Positions 40,521-53,549 of a stretch of DNA of 64,000 bases are shown here, in pieces; position 1 is the first letter of the stretch, and the number at the start of each line of letters is the position of its first letter. The notes under the pieces were generated by a model that worked only from the letters and a program-made list of their open reading frames with translations, was not told where the DNA came from and searched no databases. A program made the translations under genes and the position numbers. Source of the DNA: Vicugna vicugna. Its lineage: Eukaryota. The DNA lies in contig MU058844.1 of NCBI GenBank assembly GCA_013265495.1, positions 7,439,260 through 7,503,259 on the forward strand, given 5' to 3'.

Positions 40521-42525
40521 AAGCCCAAGAATTTAGAGCGGAAAGAGGAAAGTGGAGACATTCAATAAAACTCTTTAATCAGTTGAAGAAACAATCCAAC
40601 ATGATGGCTTAACTTTGTATCCAAAGAAATGATCTTTGGCTCCCCTTTTCCAGATTTAAGCTCCAATGGAAAGATGTTTGGAACTCTTTCTTTCTCTTTG
40701 AACATTCATAGGTATTTTTCCCTTGGAGTCAGGTACTCTCCTAGTAACAAATTCATTTTAAGGTGAAGTAGTTGAGACATAATAACCTAATTCTCTAGAG
40801 AGGTTCTCTGGTTTGGGTACTGATATGGTCAAAACTTTTTCCATGCTTTGTTATGTTCACAGGGCTGCCTCAGTCTCCAGGGAATGCACATACCATCCAT
40901 CCTCTAAATGGTATTTCAACATGTGTTTTCTGTGTCTGCTTTAAGATCCTAAAACACAAATTGCTATAATAGGAGGATTTTTGTCTATTAAATAGCATTA
41001 ACATGAAATCTCTTTGGACTTGTTTAATAATAACATCTCAGTACGGTGGAAATGTGAAAATGCAATTTAAGATTATTCCAAAATCATTTTCCTTTAACCA
41101 AAAAATACTAATCTGAAATAGAAAAGGGATGGTTTACATCATTGAACCCCAAATTCTATGTAGTAATTTTAATGCCACATGCCATCAATAAATACCATTT
41201 TCAAAAGGAAATCTACTTCAAATTGCTGTCAAATTTAATTAGAATATCTCACAAAATAATCTTTAATAAATGTATAAAGATCATTATGAATCATGAATTT
41301 TTCTCTGAATAGTAAGTAGAATGTTATCTTTTTAAAATTTAAAACTGAAGTATAACTATTCCTTTGTAATCCATCAAGATATGAAATCTACCTAAAGGAA
41401 ATCATCTTCTTTCTATGCTAAGTTTATTTCAATCTAAGCAAAGTCAGTCTCCAAGGAAAAAAAGTTTAAAATTTAATTAAAGGACAAATTCTAGGTGATT
41501 AAATGCGTAAGCATCTTGAATTAGAGACTTTCCTACTGCAGAATACGTTTCACAGGATCAGTTACTTTTTTGAACACTGGGGTGACTTTAAATTCACTTT
41601 CGTGGAGGATGAGGTCATAGGAACTGGCTTTCGTTTTGCTTTCATGACCTCAAATAACAGTGCAGAATGCTTAAAAGGAAAAATGTCAGAGTTTTTCAAG
41701 AAAGCTTTTCCAAAATACTGATTGAATTATACTTGAGGATCTGGTAGAATGATCACTGCTTACTAATCTGTAAGAGAGGAGTAGTTTGTACAGCTATTTC
41801 TAGCAAAGTCTATTATTTTCACTTAAGTATCTGTTTCTTGACAAAGGTGAAAATGGCAAATTTTGTAGGAGATAAACAAGATAACAGACTATGAAGTAAT
41901 GATATTCAATACAACCTTATTTTTAAATGTAAGGCAGACTATAAAAAGGCAATAGAAATAGTTTTTTGAAAGAGACAGCAGTTTCTTTGTAAATACACTT
42001 CAAATATTTATTTGAAGTTAGTACTTCAATGATTTTTGTTTTTATTTGAAACTCTCAAACTTCTTTCCATCTGTCTCTACATTTTTTCACTAATTTCCGA
42101 GTTTTATTTTTTTCTCATTTTCTTTTTTTGTACGTGGTCAACATTTAACAAGAATTTCCCCTTAAACATGAATTTTAATGAACTTTGGACCTAGTTGAAA
42201 AATCTTTTTATCAAAAAAATCAGGCTAATTCAAATTCCCTGAATATATATATACTCTTCATTATTCCTGAAAACTTCCTTTTAGAATATATTTTCAATGG
42301 TCAAAGTGGTGCAGTTTAGTGGAATCAGCAATTCACAGGTTTTTAAATTAAACTCTTCTTTTGTTACAGTCTACTTTTGTGATTTAGTCTCAGGTTTTAA
42401 ATGAGAATTAGAATAAAAAGTATAGATGACCAAATGAAATCTTAACTATGGTGCCAAATATTACGCAGTTATGAGTGTTTCTTGAAATTGTTTCCTTTGA
42501 TATTCACTTGAAACTACTTTTTAAA

Positions 42526-42663
42526 GGAAATCTTTTTTAACCTTTTGGGGGGGGCAGTAATTAGGTTTGTTTAGTTATTTTTAGAGAAGGTCCTGGGGAT
42601 TGAACCCAGGACCTTGTGCCTGCTAAGCATGCGCTCTACCACTTGAGCTGTACCCTCCCCACC
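42526..42663 (-). mobile_element. tRNA-derived SINE (camelid Vic-1 type)
   Basis: Minus strand ggggagggtacagctcaagtggtagagcgcatgcttagcaggcacaaggtcctgggttcaatcccc; 16-bp TSD gaaactactttttaaa at 42510-42525 and 42664-42679. Confidence 0.94.
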
Positions 42664-43938
42664 GAAACTACTTTTTAAATGTATAAATAGTTTAATATAA
42701 CAGTCTTCTTAAAATTTGTAAAAACATTATATAGAAAGCTGAACTTTTTAATTATCATGCCCTATCACAGTCCACCTCTGTCTCCTTCTGATAATAGCAG
42801 TAGCTTCATTTCAGTGTACACACATTGAGATGTATCAGTGCATTTATATGCATTCATATGTACACCTAAATAATATAAAACATTTTTACAGGTTTTCCCA
42901 TTCATATCATTGAATCTTAATAAAATTTGATTTTTACTTTTATGCAGAAGTATATTTTGGAGTGCTTACTATTTAAATACGTATTCTTCTGAATGCCATA
43001 ATAAGGATTTATCTGCTGGTGGTCATCTAAATTTTATACCTATCTTCTGGTTTATATTTGCATATTTTTCTCTGTTATACATACAAAATGGAAGTGGCTG
43101 CTTGTAGTACTTGTGCAGTTTCCAATTTAATAGAAAATGCCCAACTGTTAAGAAAGTGGATGTCTGTGTTTCACTCATGAACATTCCTGTTGTTTCCCAT
43201 CCTTGTCAACCTTTGATATTATCAACTGGATTTTTTCCTCAATTTGTTGTAACTGTCACTTTGATGAAATTTTATTTGTATCTTATTACACATGAGGTTG
43301 AATACCTTTACCTGTGTTTATTGGTTATTATAAATTTTTTCTTTTGCAAAGTGTCTTAGTATGCATTGCCTCCATTTTTTATTTACCTGTTTTTTAAATT
43401 ACAAAATGGTAAGAATTCTGTATATATTTAGGATATGATTTTTTTGCTCATAATATATAATACAGATACCATTGCTTGCACTACAGCTTTTTTTTCTTAC
43501 CCTACTATATCTTAGGATGAAAAGAATTTATTAATTTTTATGTTATATAATTTATCAATAGTTCCCTTTATGTTCAATTCTTTTTGTTTTCATTTAAGAA
43601 GCTTCTTAATTCAGGCAGTTAAAATATTTTCCTGGTATTTTCTAAAAGCTTTGTTGTTTTGCCTTTCCTTTTAAGGTAAGGCTTGTAATCTTTCTAAATT
43701 TAGTTTCGAGATTTAGGGTCCAGTTTTATTTTTTCCATACTGACAGCCTTTATGCAGTGTCAATTTTCAATTTTCAGTATATTTATTTTATTTTTCCTCC
43801 CATCCCAATAAGTATCCATAGGTGTTAGTTTCTTGTATATTCTTTCATATATAATTTTAATACATATAAAGGCAAATAGAAATACAGATTTTTTCCTTCA
43901 GCTACTTTTACATGAAACCTATCATTCCATACCTATGC

Positions 43939-44475
43939 TGAGGCGGGAAGCCCCATAAAAAGACCTGCAGGACCCCCACTACTCTCCTACTGGCACCATC
44001 TGGTTCCCTGGCCCAGAGGCTCTATCTCACTTTTTGCCTCTGAAAAGGCTTACTTACCCCTAAAATTCTATTGGTTCTCTGAGCTCAGTCCTGATTGGTT
44101 ATTTTCCTCACTCCTGATTGGTTATTTCCCTCACTCCTGATTGGTTATTTCCCTCACTCCTGATTGGTCCATTTTCCTCATTCCTGATTGGTTATTTCTC
44201 TCCCTCCTGATTGGTCTAATTCTACAATGCTTGTTTCTAATTAGTCAACTTTTGTTATACCTTATTCACATATGATGTTGCAAAGTATAAACTGGCAGCC
44301 TATAAAAGCCTGTGTAAACCTACAGATGGGGTCCAGAGGTTGGAGTGTTAACTCCTCTGGACCCGCAGGCGTAATAAACCTGAGTTCTCCAACTCTCTGA
44401 AGTGCTGCTTGGTCTCTTGCCGGGATCCTGAGCTGTAACACCGAGCACTGAGCTGTAACACATTCTTCCACAACA
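43939..44475 (+). mobile_element. ERV1-class solo LTR with tandem inverted-CCAAT array
   Basis: TG...CAACA ends; 4-bp TSD atgc/atac; TATAAAA 44301-44307; AATAAA 44373-44378; removing it restores the host L1 motif. Confidence 0.88.
44068..44216. repeat. ~23-bp tandem repeat (ctcctgattggttatttycctca), ~6 copies; NF-Y motif array
   Basis: ATTGG at 44070, 44094, 44117, 44140, 44163, 44187, 44210. Confidence 0.95.
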
Positions 44476-46689
44476 ATACTGTTCCTCACCCTTTTCTCTT
44501 GTCTAATAATATATCTTGAAGGTCTTCCACATTAGTAGAAAAGAGTGTGTTTATTATTTTTAATAACTATATATTATTCTGCTATATCAGCATAATTAAT
44601 GGAAAATTCTGTTTATTTTGCACCACTTTGCAGTCTCTGTCATGTCATATGTTGACAAATGTATGGGACTATTTCCTTCTTCACTATGTATTAAATTGGT
44701 TTGTTTTTAATCTCGGTACTAATGTCCCATTCTCTTAATTACTGTAATTTTAAAACAAATCTTAGTATATAAAAGAACAAGGACCTTTTAGTATTTAAAT
44801 AGTTGTTTAATATCTAAACTGTATGTAATTATAAACACTTTTTCACTCCTAAAATTTATTTTTAATTTTTATTCTTAATTAAATATGACAGAACAATGGC
44901 AAATTGATAATCTTTAAGGAAGCAATTTTTGTTTTCTATTTATCCCTCTATTTTTTGTATTTTTTATTTCATTGATTTCTGCGGTTAGATTCTTATTTCT
45001 TCCCACCTATGTTGTTTATTTTGTGCTTGCTTTCAAACGTTTTAAGGTAGGCAATTTGCTTGTTACTTTTCAGCCTTATTTTCTTCCAGTGTTAATTTTA
45101 AAGCTAGACTTTTCTTTCTAAACACAGTTTTAGGTGCAACCCATGATATGATATGTAGCATTTTCATTGAAATTCCATTAGGATTTCTTCTTTGACTCAT
45201 GGATGATTTAGATACATAAATTTTCAAATATATAGTGATGATCATAGTTACACTTTATTGTATACTTCTAACTTAATTGCATTGTGGTTTGTAAACATAC
45301 ATACACTTTCACAGTCCTTTGAAATTTGTTGAAACATATTTTATAGCCTAGCAAATGGTCAGTTTTTATAAATGTGTTTTGTACGTGCTTGGACAAAATG
45401 GCATTATGCAGTTGTTGGGGACAGGATTCTAACTATATTCCTTAGGTCTTTTTTAATCAAGTTTACCCAACTTTCTATATTTTCTTAAAATTTCTTTTCT
45501 GCTATTATGAAGTTTTTTTCATCTGTTACTGAGCAACATTACCACTTGATTTTGAATTTGGCTATATCTTGTTATAGTGCTCTAAGTTTTTGTTTTTTTT
45601 AGAGACTATGTTATTAGATGCATGCAAATTTAAATTTGGTATATCTTTATGGAAATTTAAACATTTCATCATTCTAACATTTTCCTCTTTAGCTCCATTT
45701 TTTATTTTATTTAACTTCTAAATGGTCTCTAAAAATATCTCCAAAAAGTTGTATCCATCTTTTAACTTTGTATTTTCCATATTTGCAGACTTTCTGTGCC
45801 CTTTGTTTTAGATATGCCTTTTTAAAATAGCATATAATTGGTTTTTAGCCGAGTATGACAAATCATTTTCTTAATAGCAAAGCATTTAGGCTGTTCACAT
45901 TTAATCACATTTAGGCTGCCATATTTGGATTTAAGTCTACCATCTTGTTGTCTATTTTTAATTGGTTCTTCTCGGACACATTTTTTACTATATATATATA
46001 TATGCACACACACATATATATATGTATATTTTAAACTTTCATTGAATTAGTGTACTAATTTTTATCAATATGATTTTCCTGATATCTGTCTGTTGACCTA
46101 AATACATAGCAAATATTTTTTAAGGATACAAAATTGTAAATAGAAGTTAACCAGGGGAATAGGACTGGGTTGAAAGGTAAAAAAGAGCTTCAAAATTTGT
46201 TCTTTATATTGGTTTGACTTGATTTTTTTAAATGGGCATATATTTTATACTGACTTAACTGGCATAACTGTAGTAGTTCTGCTAAAAGATAATTCCAAAA
46301 ATTCATGCAAAAACAAGTAGAAATTATTTTTGCCTTGAATACTTCAGACTATCAGTTCAGCTTTTCCCCATTATCCACTTACTCTCATGTCTAATAAATA
46401 GCATAAATGTGACTTACATAGCAAAAACATCCACAAGAAGGTAATGTAGATTTTATAATGTGTTTCTTAGCATGGCACTGACTGTTTTCTATGCACAGTG
46501 ACTCCCTTGGGTTCTGGCGTACGGTCTTTCAGAACTGCTCTGGCCTTTGCATGACCCCTTGTTTTCAGTAAATGATGCACTCTTAATAAATGTGATACGG
46601 GAAGAAAGGCTAGAGTAATGAAAAGATCACAAAAGAAGTTTTTGTTGTTGTTGTTTGGTTGGGGTTTTCGGGGGTTTTGTTTTGAGTTT

Positions 46690-47000
46690 TGTCAAGAGTT
46701 GATACAACTGTAGGCTTCATCTGCAAATAAAAGCAGTGAACTGGAGTTGAATGATTTTGGGTCCCTACCAGTCATAAGTACATAACAATGGAAATATTTT
46801 GAAATCAGGCAGTGCAGTCGTGCTTTCAAATTCTGCTCTTTCCTGGCTATATGATTTTGACACAGTTACCAAATTTCTCTGGAAGGTGTTTGTCTTTAAT
46901 AAAACTTGAGTCATTCTGAGTAAATTCCCAGTAAAGCACTGAGCAATTTCCAGTAAAGCACATGGGAAAAACCTAAGTTCTATCCTATAGCAGATAATCA
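46690..47000. mobile_element. MIR fragments
   Basis: 'cttcatctgcaaaataaaagcagtgaactgga' and 'ttcaaattctgctct...ggctatatgattttgacacagttac'. Confidence 0.5.
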
Positions 47001-47149
47001 ATTATTATTTATTTTCATCTTTCTAGCAGATAGTAGGCAGGTGATGATTATTAGTTTTACTTCTTACTGACATCCTAGAATTGTATTATTAGGAAGTTCC
47101 AAATTAGTGGTATGGAACGACAGTGTAATATTTCTGAAGTCTACAGGTG

Positions 47150-47561
47150 CTCCTGTGTGGTTGGCCCACTGGAAGTGGCTGTTCTCTGGCTCTCTGCACA
47201 TCCTCTGCTCAACCAGTGCTTGCCTCACCTGTATCCTGCTCACACAACTGACCTTCCTACGTAGTTACCCCAGGCCCCAGCTAGTGATTGCTCTTACCAA
47301 AGGGGCAGTGAGGGGCATGCCCCCCTGCTGGTTTCCCTGTGAGCCAACCTGATGTCACTTCTCCTTGTAACTGCTAACCTTCCCCTGCTCCCAGGAGTGA
47401 AGCCGCCACATCCTGCCCAGCGTCTGCTGAACACAGAGGATTGTTGGTGCAGGACCTCACTTCAGACATGTAGCTCCCTTCATCCATTAAATCATTTATG
47501 TCTCTGTCACTGACTCTGGGCTCTTTCTTAGGTCTTGAAGACTGAGAGGTATAGCCCAACA
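47150..47561 (+). mobile_element. MER74-like ERVL LTR
   Basis: 'aggacctcacttcagacatgtagctccc..atccattaaatcatttatgtctctgtcactgactctgggctctttctt.ggtcttgaag', end 'agcccaaca'. Confidence 0.78.
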
Positions 47562-48162
47562 GCTCCCTTCCCCCACATTAATAAAATGTGAAATATTATA
47601 TAAAACATCTTTCAACAAAAGATGTGAATCCTTAAACATCATTGACTCTACACTGAGAACTTTAAAAAGTTTACGCATTTAAACAGTGATGTAATCTTAT
47701 TAACAGCACATAAACAGTATATTAGCAAAGGCAATGTAACGAATCAGAAAAAACACATCCGAGCAGAAAATGTAATATAAAATTATTTGAGTCTAAAAAA
47801 ACTTACTACTACTGTAACAGCTATTTTGCCAATGTCATTTCTTATTTTGCATTACTGTGTCACAACTGTAATAAATTTTACTGCAAAGTGGTCAATATTA
47901 GGTCTGAAGGTCAGTTTGGTAATTGTAGGTGAGAGTCTCCCAAAGTGATGGCAATTGGAAAGCACAACATTTTACTTTCATGAATGCAGTGATTGAGTTC
48001 TTTGACCTCTAGTTGGTTAAGCATGATATACAGAAGAACATTTCACTTCTGATATATGCATGGGAACGCCTGACAAGAATTAAAGGCAGAGTGCATATTT
48101 AAAATTCTGGCATTCCTCATTCTGCTTGAATAACTGCTAAAGTTACTTTGAAGTACCTTAGC

Positions 48163-48276
48163 GAGAGAAAGGAAAAAAGAGAAGGAAGGAAAAGAAAAAT
48201 GAAAGAAACATTGGAATGAAAGAGAGGAAAAGGAAGGAAGGAAAGAAAAAGGGAGGGAAGAAAGGATGGAAAAAAG
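48163..48276 (+). repeat. GA-rich low-complexity purine tract
   Basis: Read directly. Confidence 0.9.
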
Positions 48277-49506
48277 CAGTCAATTTGCTTATTTTCCTTT
48301 CTGTACCAATGGCATCTGAAAAAAAAATATTTGAAAGGCTTTTAATGTAAACGTGGACAGCTGTTTTAGGCATTGTAACATGTGCACGTTTGAAAGTCAC
48401 ATCATGAAAAAAAAAATCCATGTTGAAATGTCAATTTTATAGCTCTAAGAGAGAGGTCCTAAGGTTTAGAAGTTAAAAGTAAGTTAACTCCTTGCTTATT
48501 CAAACATTAAACTGTCAGCATGGAAGTAAATTTAAAACTTATGATGGTCTGAAAATGTGGTGCTAAATGAAGTCTGAAGACCTATTAACCTGCCTGAGAT
48601 GTAAACCAGGAACTATTACACTCTGCTGTTGAACGTGTATTCAAGTATTTTATAATAGTGTGTGAGCTATTAAGAGGTGAATAAGGAAGCTGAATAGCAT
48701 CTCTTCCTTCTGAAATACAATGATAATGTTAGCTATTTTCAACATTCATTTAGGAATTGCATGCATATAGAAAATGAAATACTTGCTTGAAAATGATTTC
48801 TTCAATTTTTTTATACTAGTAATGCACAACTGACAATCCTTCAAAAAATTGGCCAATAATCAATTTTTTTCCCTTTGTTTTAGAGCTCTACAGGGATTTA
48901 AAGAGAAAACACACTTGTAAACATACTTACATGTAGGTGGTAAACACGGTAGATAAGCAATTTTGACAGATTATTCAATGTGCTAATGATAAAACATTTT
49001 TTAAAAGGAGCTCCTTAAAGCATATAAATGTAATAAATTCAATATAAACTAAAATTAATTAAATACTTAGGTGAAGAATATGATCATATTTCCTTTTGCA
49101 GTTAAAATAGATTTCTATTTATTCAATATTATTATGTCAAATGTTTATGGTTTTAAAAAGCTCCACTTGGACATTTATCAACCATTTTAAGATAGCATAT
49201 CAATTAGATATACTTAATTTACATTTGAAAAGATGGAATGGACTAAATCCAAATTGCATAAATTAAAATTAATGGTGAAGCAAGTCTACCTTTTTCTGAC
49301 TGAGAAAATAAAACTTTATTATGAAAATATCCTTTTCCTAGATGTTGTCCTTGTTTTTGGATGTTTAAATTCAAGTGGGAAAGACAATAACCACTTTTGT
49401 TCTAAAAAACACTGTTAGAAATATATATTTTTTAAAGGATTGCATTAAAATATTTGAGTAAGAAAGCAGAGAGTTTCTTATTCCAGTTGCTAGAGAGTGT
49501 TCCTAC

Positions 49507-50088
49507 TGAAGGAGGATCAGTAAAATGGCCGCACTTAGGCTAACAGATTGCTTATTCTTATGCTTGCCTTTAAAATAGTCAACTGACCTGATTGACTGGT
49601 TGCTACTCACAGTTCCAGGCCCCTTGTTAAAACTAAAGCTATTGATCTTACTGCTTCTACTTTGTTCCAGTAATTCAAAGTAAAAATCATGCTTGGTCTC
49701 TGAGTCCTTCTCCAAGAAGAAGGTCACAGGACTGTAACCTTACAAAATAGCCTGAATTACCAAGAAGGCCACACCTTGAGTGTTTATGAGATAAAGAGAT
49801 CTAACAGCTGGCCTCTATAGAATTGGTTGCCTGGAGGCATCATGATGCCATTCTGTCTTCTGAGGAGAAAATTATTCTGTTGATTGTTATCGATGCTCTA
49901 TTGTTTGAGCTATGGCTATATATCCACCCCACCCCATCCCTGAGGTAGGCTCACAGTTTTGAAGGCACTAGCCTGCTGTGAATCCCCTTTGCCTGGCAAA
50001 GCAAAATTGCCTCTTTTCTTCTAAGCTCTAAGACCTTGTCTCTAGGTTATTTGGCTCATCAGGGAAGGGGGCCGATCTTTTGGCAACA
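49507..50088 (+). mobile_element. ERV1-class solo LTR
   Basis: TGAAGG...GGCAACA ends; 4-bp TSD ctac/ctat; TATA-like 'ctatatat' ~49916; R-like 'cccctttgcctggcaaagca'. Confidence 0.85.
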
Positions 50089-50371
50089 CTATCTTAATCT
50101 TATGTAAGGTTTTAGGAGCATTATATTTGTTAGTAGGGAGTAAAAAAAGAGAAGGCTCTGGCTCGCTTGTTCCTCACAGAGCTAATATTCAGCCAGTGGA
50201 GAAGAGATAATGAAAGAAAAGATAATAAAAGCTAATAGCATTCCAATGTCTAAGTATATGATGCACACAATAGGTATTAGGAAATACGAGAAGCAAAAAG
50301 ATTAATCTAGGGCAACATGATTTGATCTGAATTGAACTTTGAAGAATAAATAAGATGTGATGGTTGTCTCT

Positions 50372-50853
50372 TGTCGACTGAAATAAATGCACGACCTAAA
50401 AGTTGAGAGTTGTGTTTTATTTGGTGGACAATTCTGAGGACTCAGCCCAGGATGACAGCCTCAGATCGCTCTGAGGGACTGCTCCAAAGAGGTAGGGAGG
50501 AGCTAGGATATATAAAAGTTTTACAACAAAGACCAGGTAGTTGGAACATTAAAAGATTACTTGTTAACTAAAGAAACCAGGCATCTCTAGTTAAAGAATT
50601 CAGCGCTTTTCTATGTATGGGAGGAGCAAACATTTGGTCTCATTGAATTCATTCCTGTGACAAGCACCTCGCTATCTAGGGCCAGTATGCTGTCCTTTCT
50701 TATTCTGAGTGCCCTTAGGGTGCACCATTGTGAGTGGCTGCAGAGGCTGGGCTGCAGGCTTGTCTTCACTGGGGGGTGGCGGCAGCTGCTGATGACTTGA
50801 TGGTTTCAGCATTCTTTGTTTACTGATAGGGTTTGTGGTATTTTTCATTCACA
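50372..50853 (-). mobile_element. Relatively young ERV solo LTR
   Basis: TGT...ACA ends; flanks tctct/tctcc; minus-strand AATAAA (tttatt 50416-50421) and TATA-like run ~50509-50517; several CpGs retained. Confidence 0.85.
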
Positions 50854-51569
50854 TCTCCTGCAGGGTTGACAAGGAATTGGTCTGTGATTTCATCTGGTTC
50901 TGGAGGATATGTGGAAAGTACTGAAAATATGGGAAGAACTTCAATGACATCTGAGATTTGATCTTGTATCACCAGCCATTTTGTTCTTTGGTGAGTGTTG
51001 TGACACACACTAGCAGGTCTAGAACATGGGCCAGAGACATTGTTAACATGTTTAATTTAGTAATTGGCTTTGTTGTCATCTCTACTTCTCTCAAAAAATT
51101 GTTCATGTTGAGTGGGCAAAATGTGCAGTTATTACTTAATTGTTGCATTTACTTAGATACACTCTTGTCTTTTTGCAAAAATGATTTAAGGAGGGAAGCT
51201 ATTTAAAAAGATGAAACATAAACATGGTAAGGAAAGTAAAGTTAAGGTTAGAAAAAAAATAGGAGAAAAACAAAAGCTTGTGTATTTAGATACAGCAGAA
51301 TAACATCTATGAGCTCCAGTGTAGTTTTTCAGCCTCTCTGCCCTGAGCCCTGTTCCTTTAAGATTTTGCTCTCTTCTAAGGAACAGATACATTATTATCT
51401 TAGGAAGAAGTAATTTGATATGGACTTTTGAGGGCAATGCCCTAAGCTCCCCAGAAGCAACGTGAATTCAGTTACAATGGATATGAGTGTTTTAGTTCTA
51501 TTTAATCCAAGGATGTCATAGAAAGTAATTACTGTCAGTATTTATATGAGGTATCAAACTATATAGTTA

Positions 51570-51760
51570 CTGAAATTCCATTTACTGTTCCTATATGGCA
51601 TTAAGTAAGTGACCTAACTTCTCTGTGCCTTAATTGCCTCAACATTATATTGACATAATCATCTAATTTATCCCGGGGTTGTCAGGAATAAATGAGACAA
51701 TTCATATGACATACCAAACTTAATATCTGGCACATATGAAGCAATAAATACATGTTAACT
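51570..51760 (+). mobile_element. MIR
   Basis: 'taagtgacctaacttctctgtgcct', 'gggttgtcaggaataaatgagacaat', 'tctggcacata'. Confidence 0.7.
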
Positions 51761-52109
51761 CTCTTTAATTTTGTAATACCATAGCAAGGTGAATTTTTAA
51801 TTCATCCCTTCTAAGTTTGCTACAAGTATCGCTCCAAATGGCATCTCGAAGAATGTCATCTTGTAAACTTAAAAGTGTCCCTATCATTATTCTGCTAAGA
51901 AACAAGGGGAGTAAGGACAGCAATCCTCTTCTCAGTCCACTTGTTCCTGTATCCCCGTGGCTGAACTCTGACCCTCAGGAAAGAATGATACTGGTCAAAA
52001 TTCTATTCGTGGCTACCTCCTTCCAACCCAGCATTCACAATAGAACCTTGTATGTATTATGCCATTTTGATGCTGTTATGGAAAATGGAGTGTGAATTAT
52101 TGCTTTCCT

Positions 52110-52260
52110 ACTCAAAATATAGTCCGTTGACAAGAAAGCTTTAGCAACACTTGGGAGTTTGTCAAAGATACATATCTCAGCCCTTTCCAACATTTGCTAA
52201 ATCAGAATATGCATTTTAACAAGAGCTTCAGCTGATTCTCAGTGCACATCAAAGTGTGTC
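52110..52260. mobile_element. MER5A-type fragment
   Basis: 'cttgggagtttgt...aatcagaatatgcattttaacaaga...tgattc...tgcacatcaaagt'. Confidence 0.7.
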
Positions 52261-53549
52261 TTGGATAAGATATTCTATGCAGATTGTTGGTAATGAGAAT
52301 CGGGGATTTGGTGGTGGCAGTGGCCTTGGCAGCACTTTCAAGTTTCCCCATTCCTGATTGATAATGATCAAAGTAATTGTCTCTGTTTTAATCTATCTGA
52401 AATTGGAGAACACTATTTCTTATCTCCTGGAAGAACATAACCAATGTTAATTTCAAGGGAAATCCTCTATTTCTCTCCTTCAGTGTTGTCATAGTCATCT
52501 TCCTTCTCTTTGTTATCATTACCATCATTTTAATCACAGAACTTAACCGTGGATTACATTTCTCTTTATCACAGTACTTTTGGAGCATACAGCTTTTGCT
52601 CCAACATCTGGCAATTTTGTATCTGCTATGATCCCCAACCATACCTAAATACCTACAAATACAATTTTTTTTTGTTTATCCTATCCTCTGTTACTATTCA
52701 CTCTTCAGTGTTCTTTAAACATTCTGTAACTCACTTTGAGTTCATGTTAGGTGTTATTGAACACCTGAAAATTCAGTGAACTGGCTGAATAAGAAATATC
52801 TATATATTGGATTAATTGTATGCAGAAATGATGAACCGACACTGCCTGATCCTTTGACATTAGTTTTAGTTTTGCTTACATCACAGATCATCAGGGTTCT
52901 CTCCTTTGCTGATCTCGATTTTATAATCTTGGTTAATTTTCCTCATTCTCCACAGTCTTGTTACTGCCATTCTCATTCTTTTATCTTTCCCATGACATGT
53001 TTCCCATTTAAAATTATCTTTTAATAAATTACTTAACTTCAAAGTTCACCATAGATGAATAATTAGTTCTCCCCAAGTGTAATTTTACTTAGTTATATAT
53101 CCTAGTTCATCTAAATAAGTGCTATTTTATGAATAATAAGTTGTAAATGCTAGACATTAATGTTAATGATTTCATGGGCCAGGAGGTTTATTAACAGGAA
53201 AAAGGGAATAATGCTTAGTTATCTGATGTAGGCACATAAGGTTAGAGGACACATATCCAAATATGGGAGAAAATTTTCACATGAATTAGCCAAAACAAAA
53301 ATAATTATGTCTTAATAAGTAGGGACTAAAAAATAACCATTGAGGTATTATGTCTATAAACTTATGAAAAATGTTCTTAAGAAATGTTTATTTTTGTGAA
53401 GCTTATTTTTCTTACGGCATGAAAAGAACAAACTAACTAGAACAAAACTGGATATTTCTGATGTTGTATTACTATAACTTGACAAGATTTTAAGAGACTG
53501 TTAAGAATGTTAAGAGACTGTCAAGGTTTCTATAGCCTGTAACAATGTT

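Larger units (their letters stand above)
42750..45965 (-). mobile_element. Old L1ME/L1M fragments, interrupted by an LTR
   Basis: T-rich; 'cctgttgtttcccatccttgtcaac', 'aacttaattgcattgtggt', 'tttgaaatttgttga', 'gcatttaggctgttcacatttaat'. Confidence 0.65.

Noticed and set aside
44068..44216. CRISPR-like array
   Set aside because: Repeats are head-to-tail with no unique spacers, lie inside an LTR, and there are no cas genes; the DNA is mammalian.
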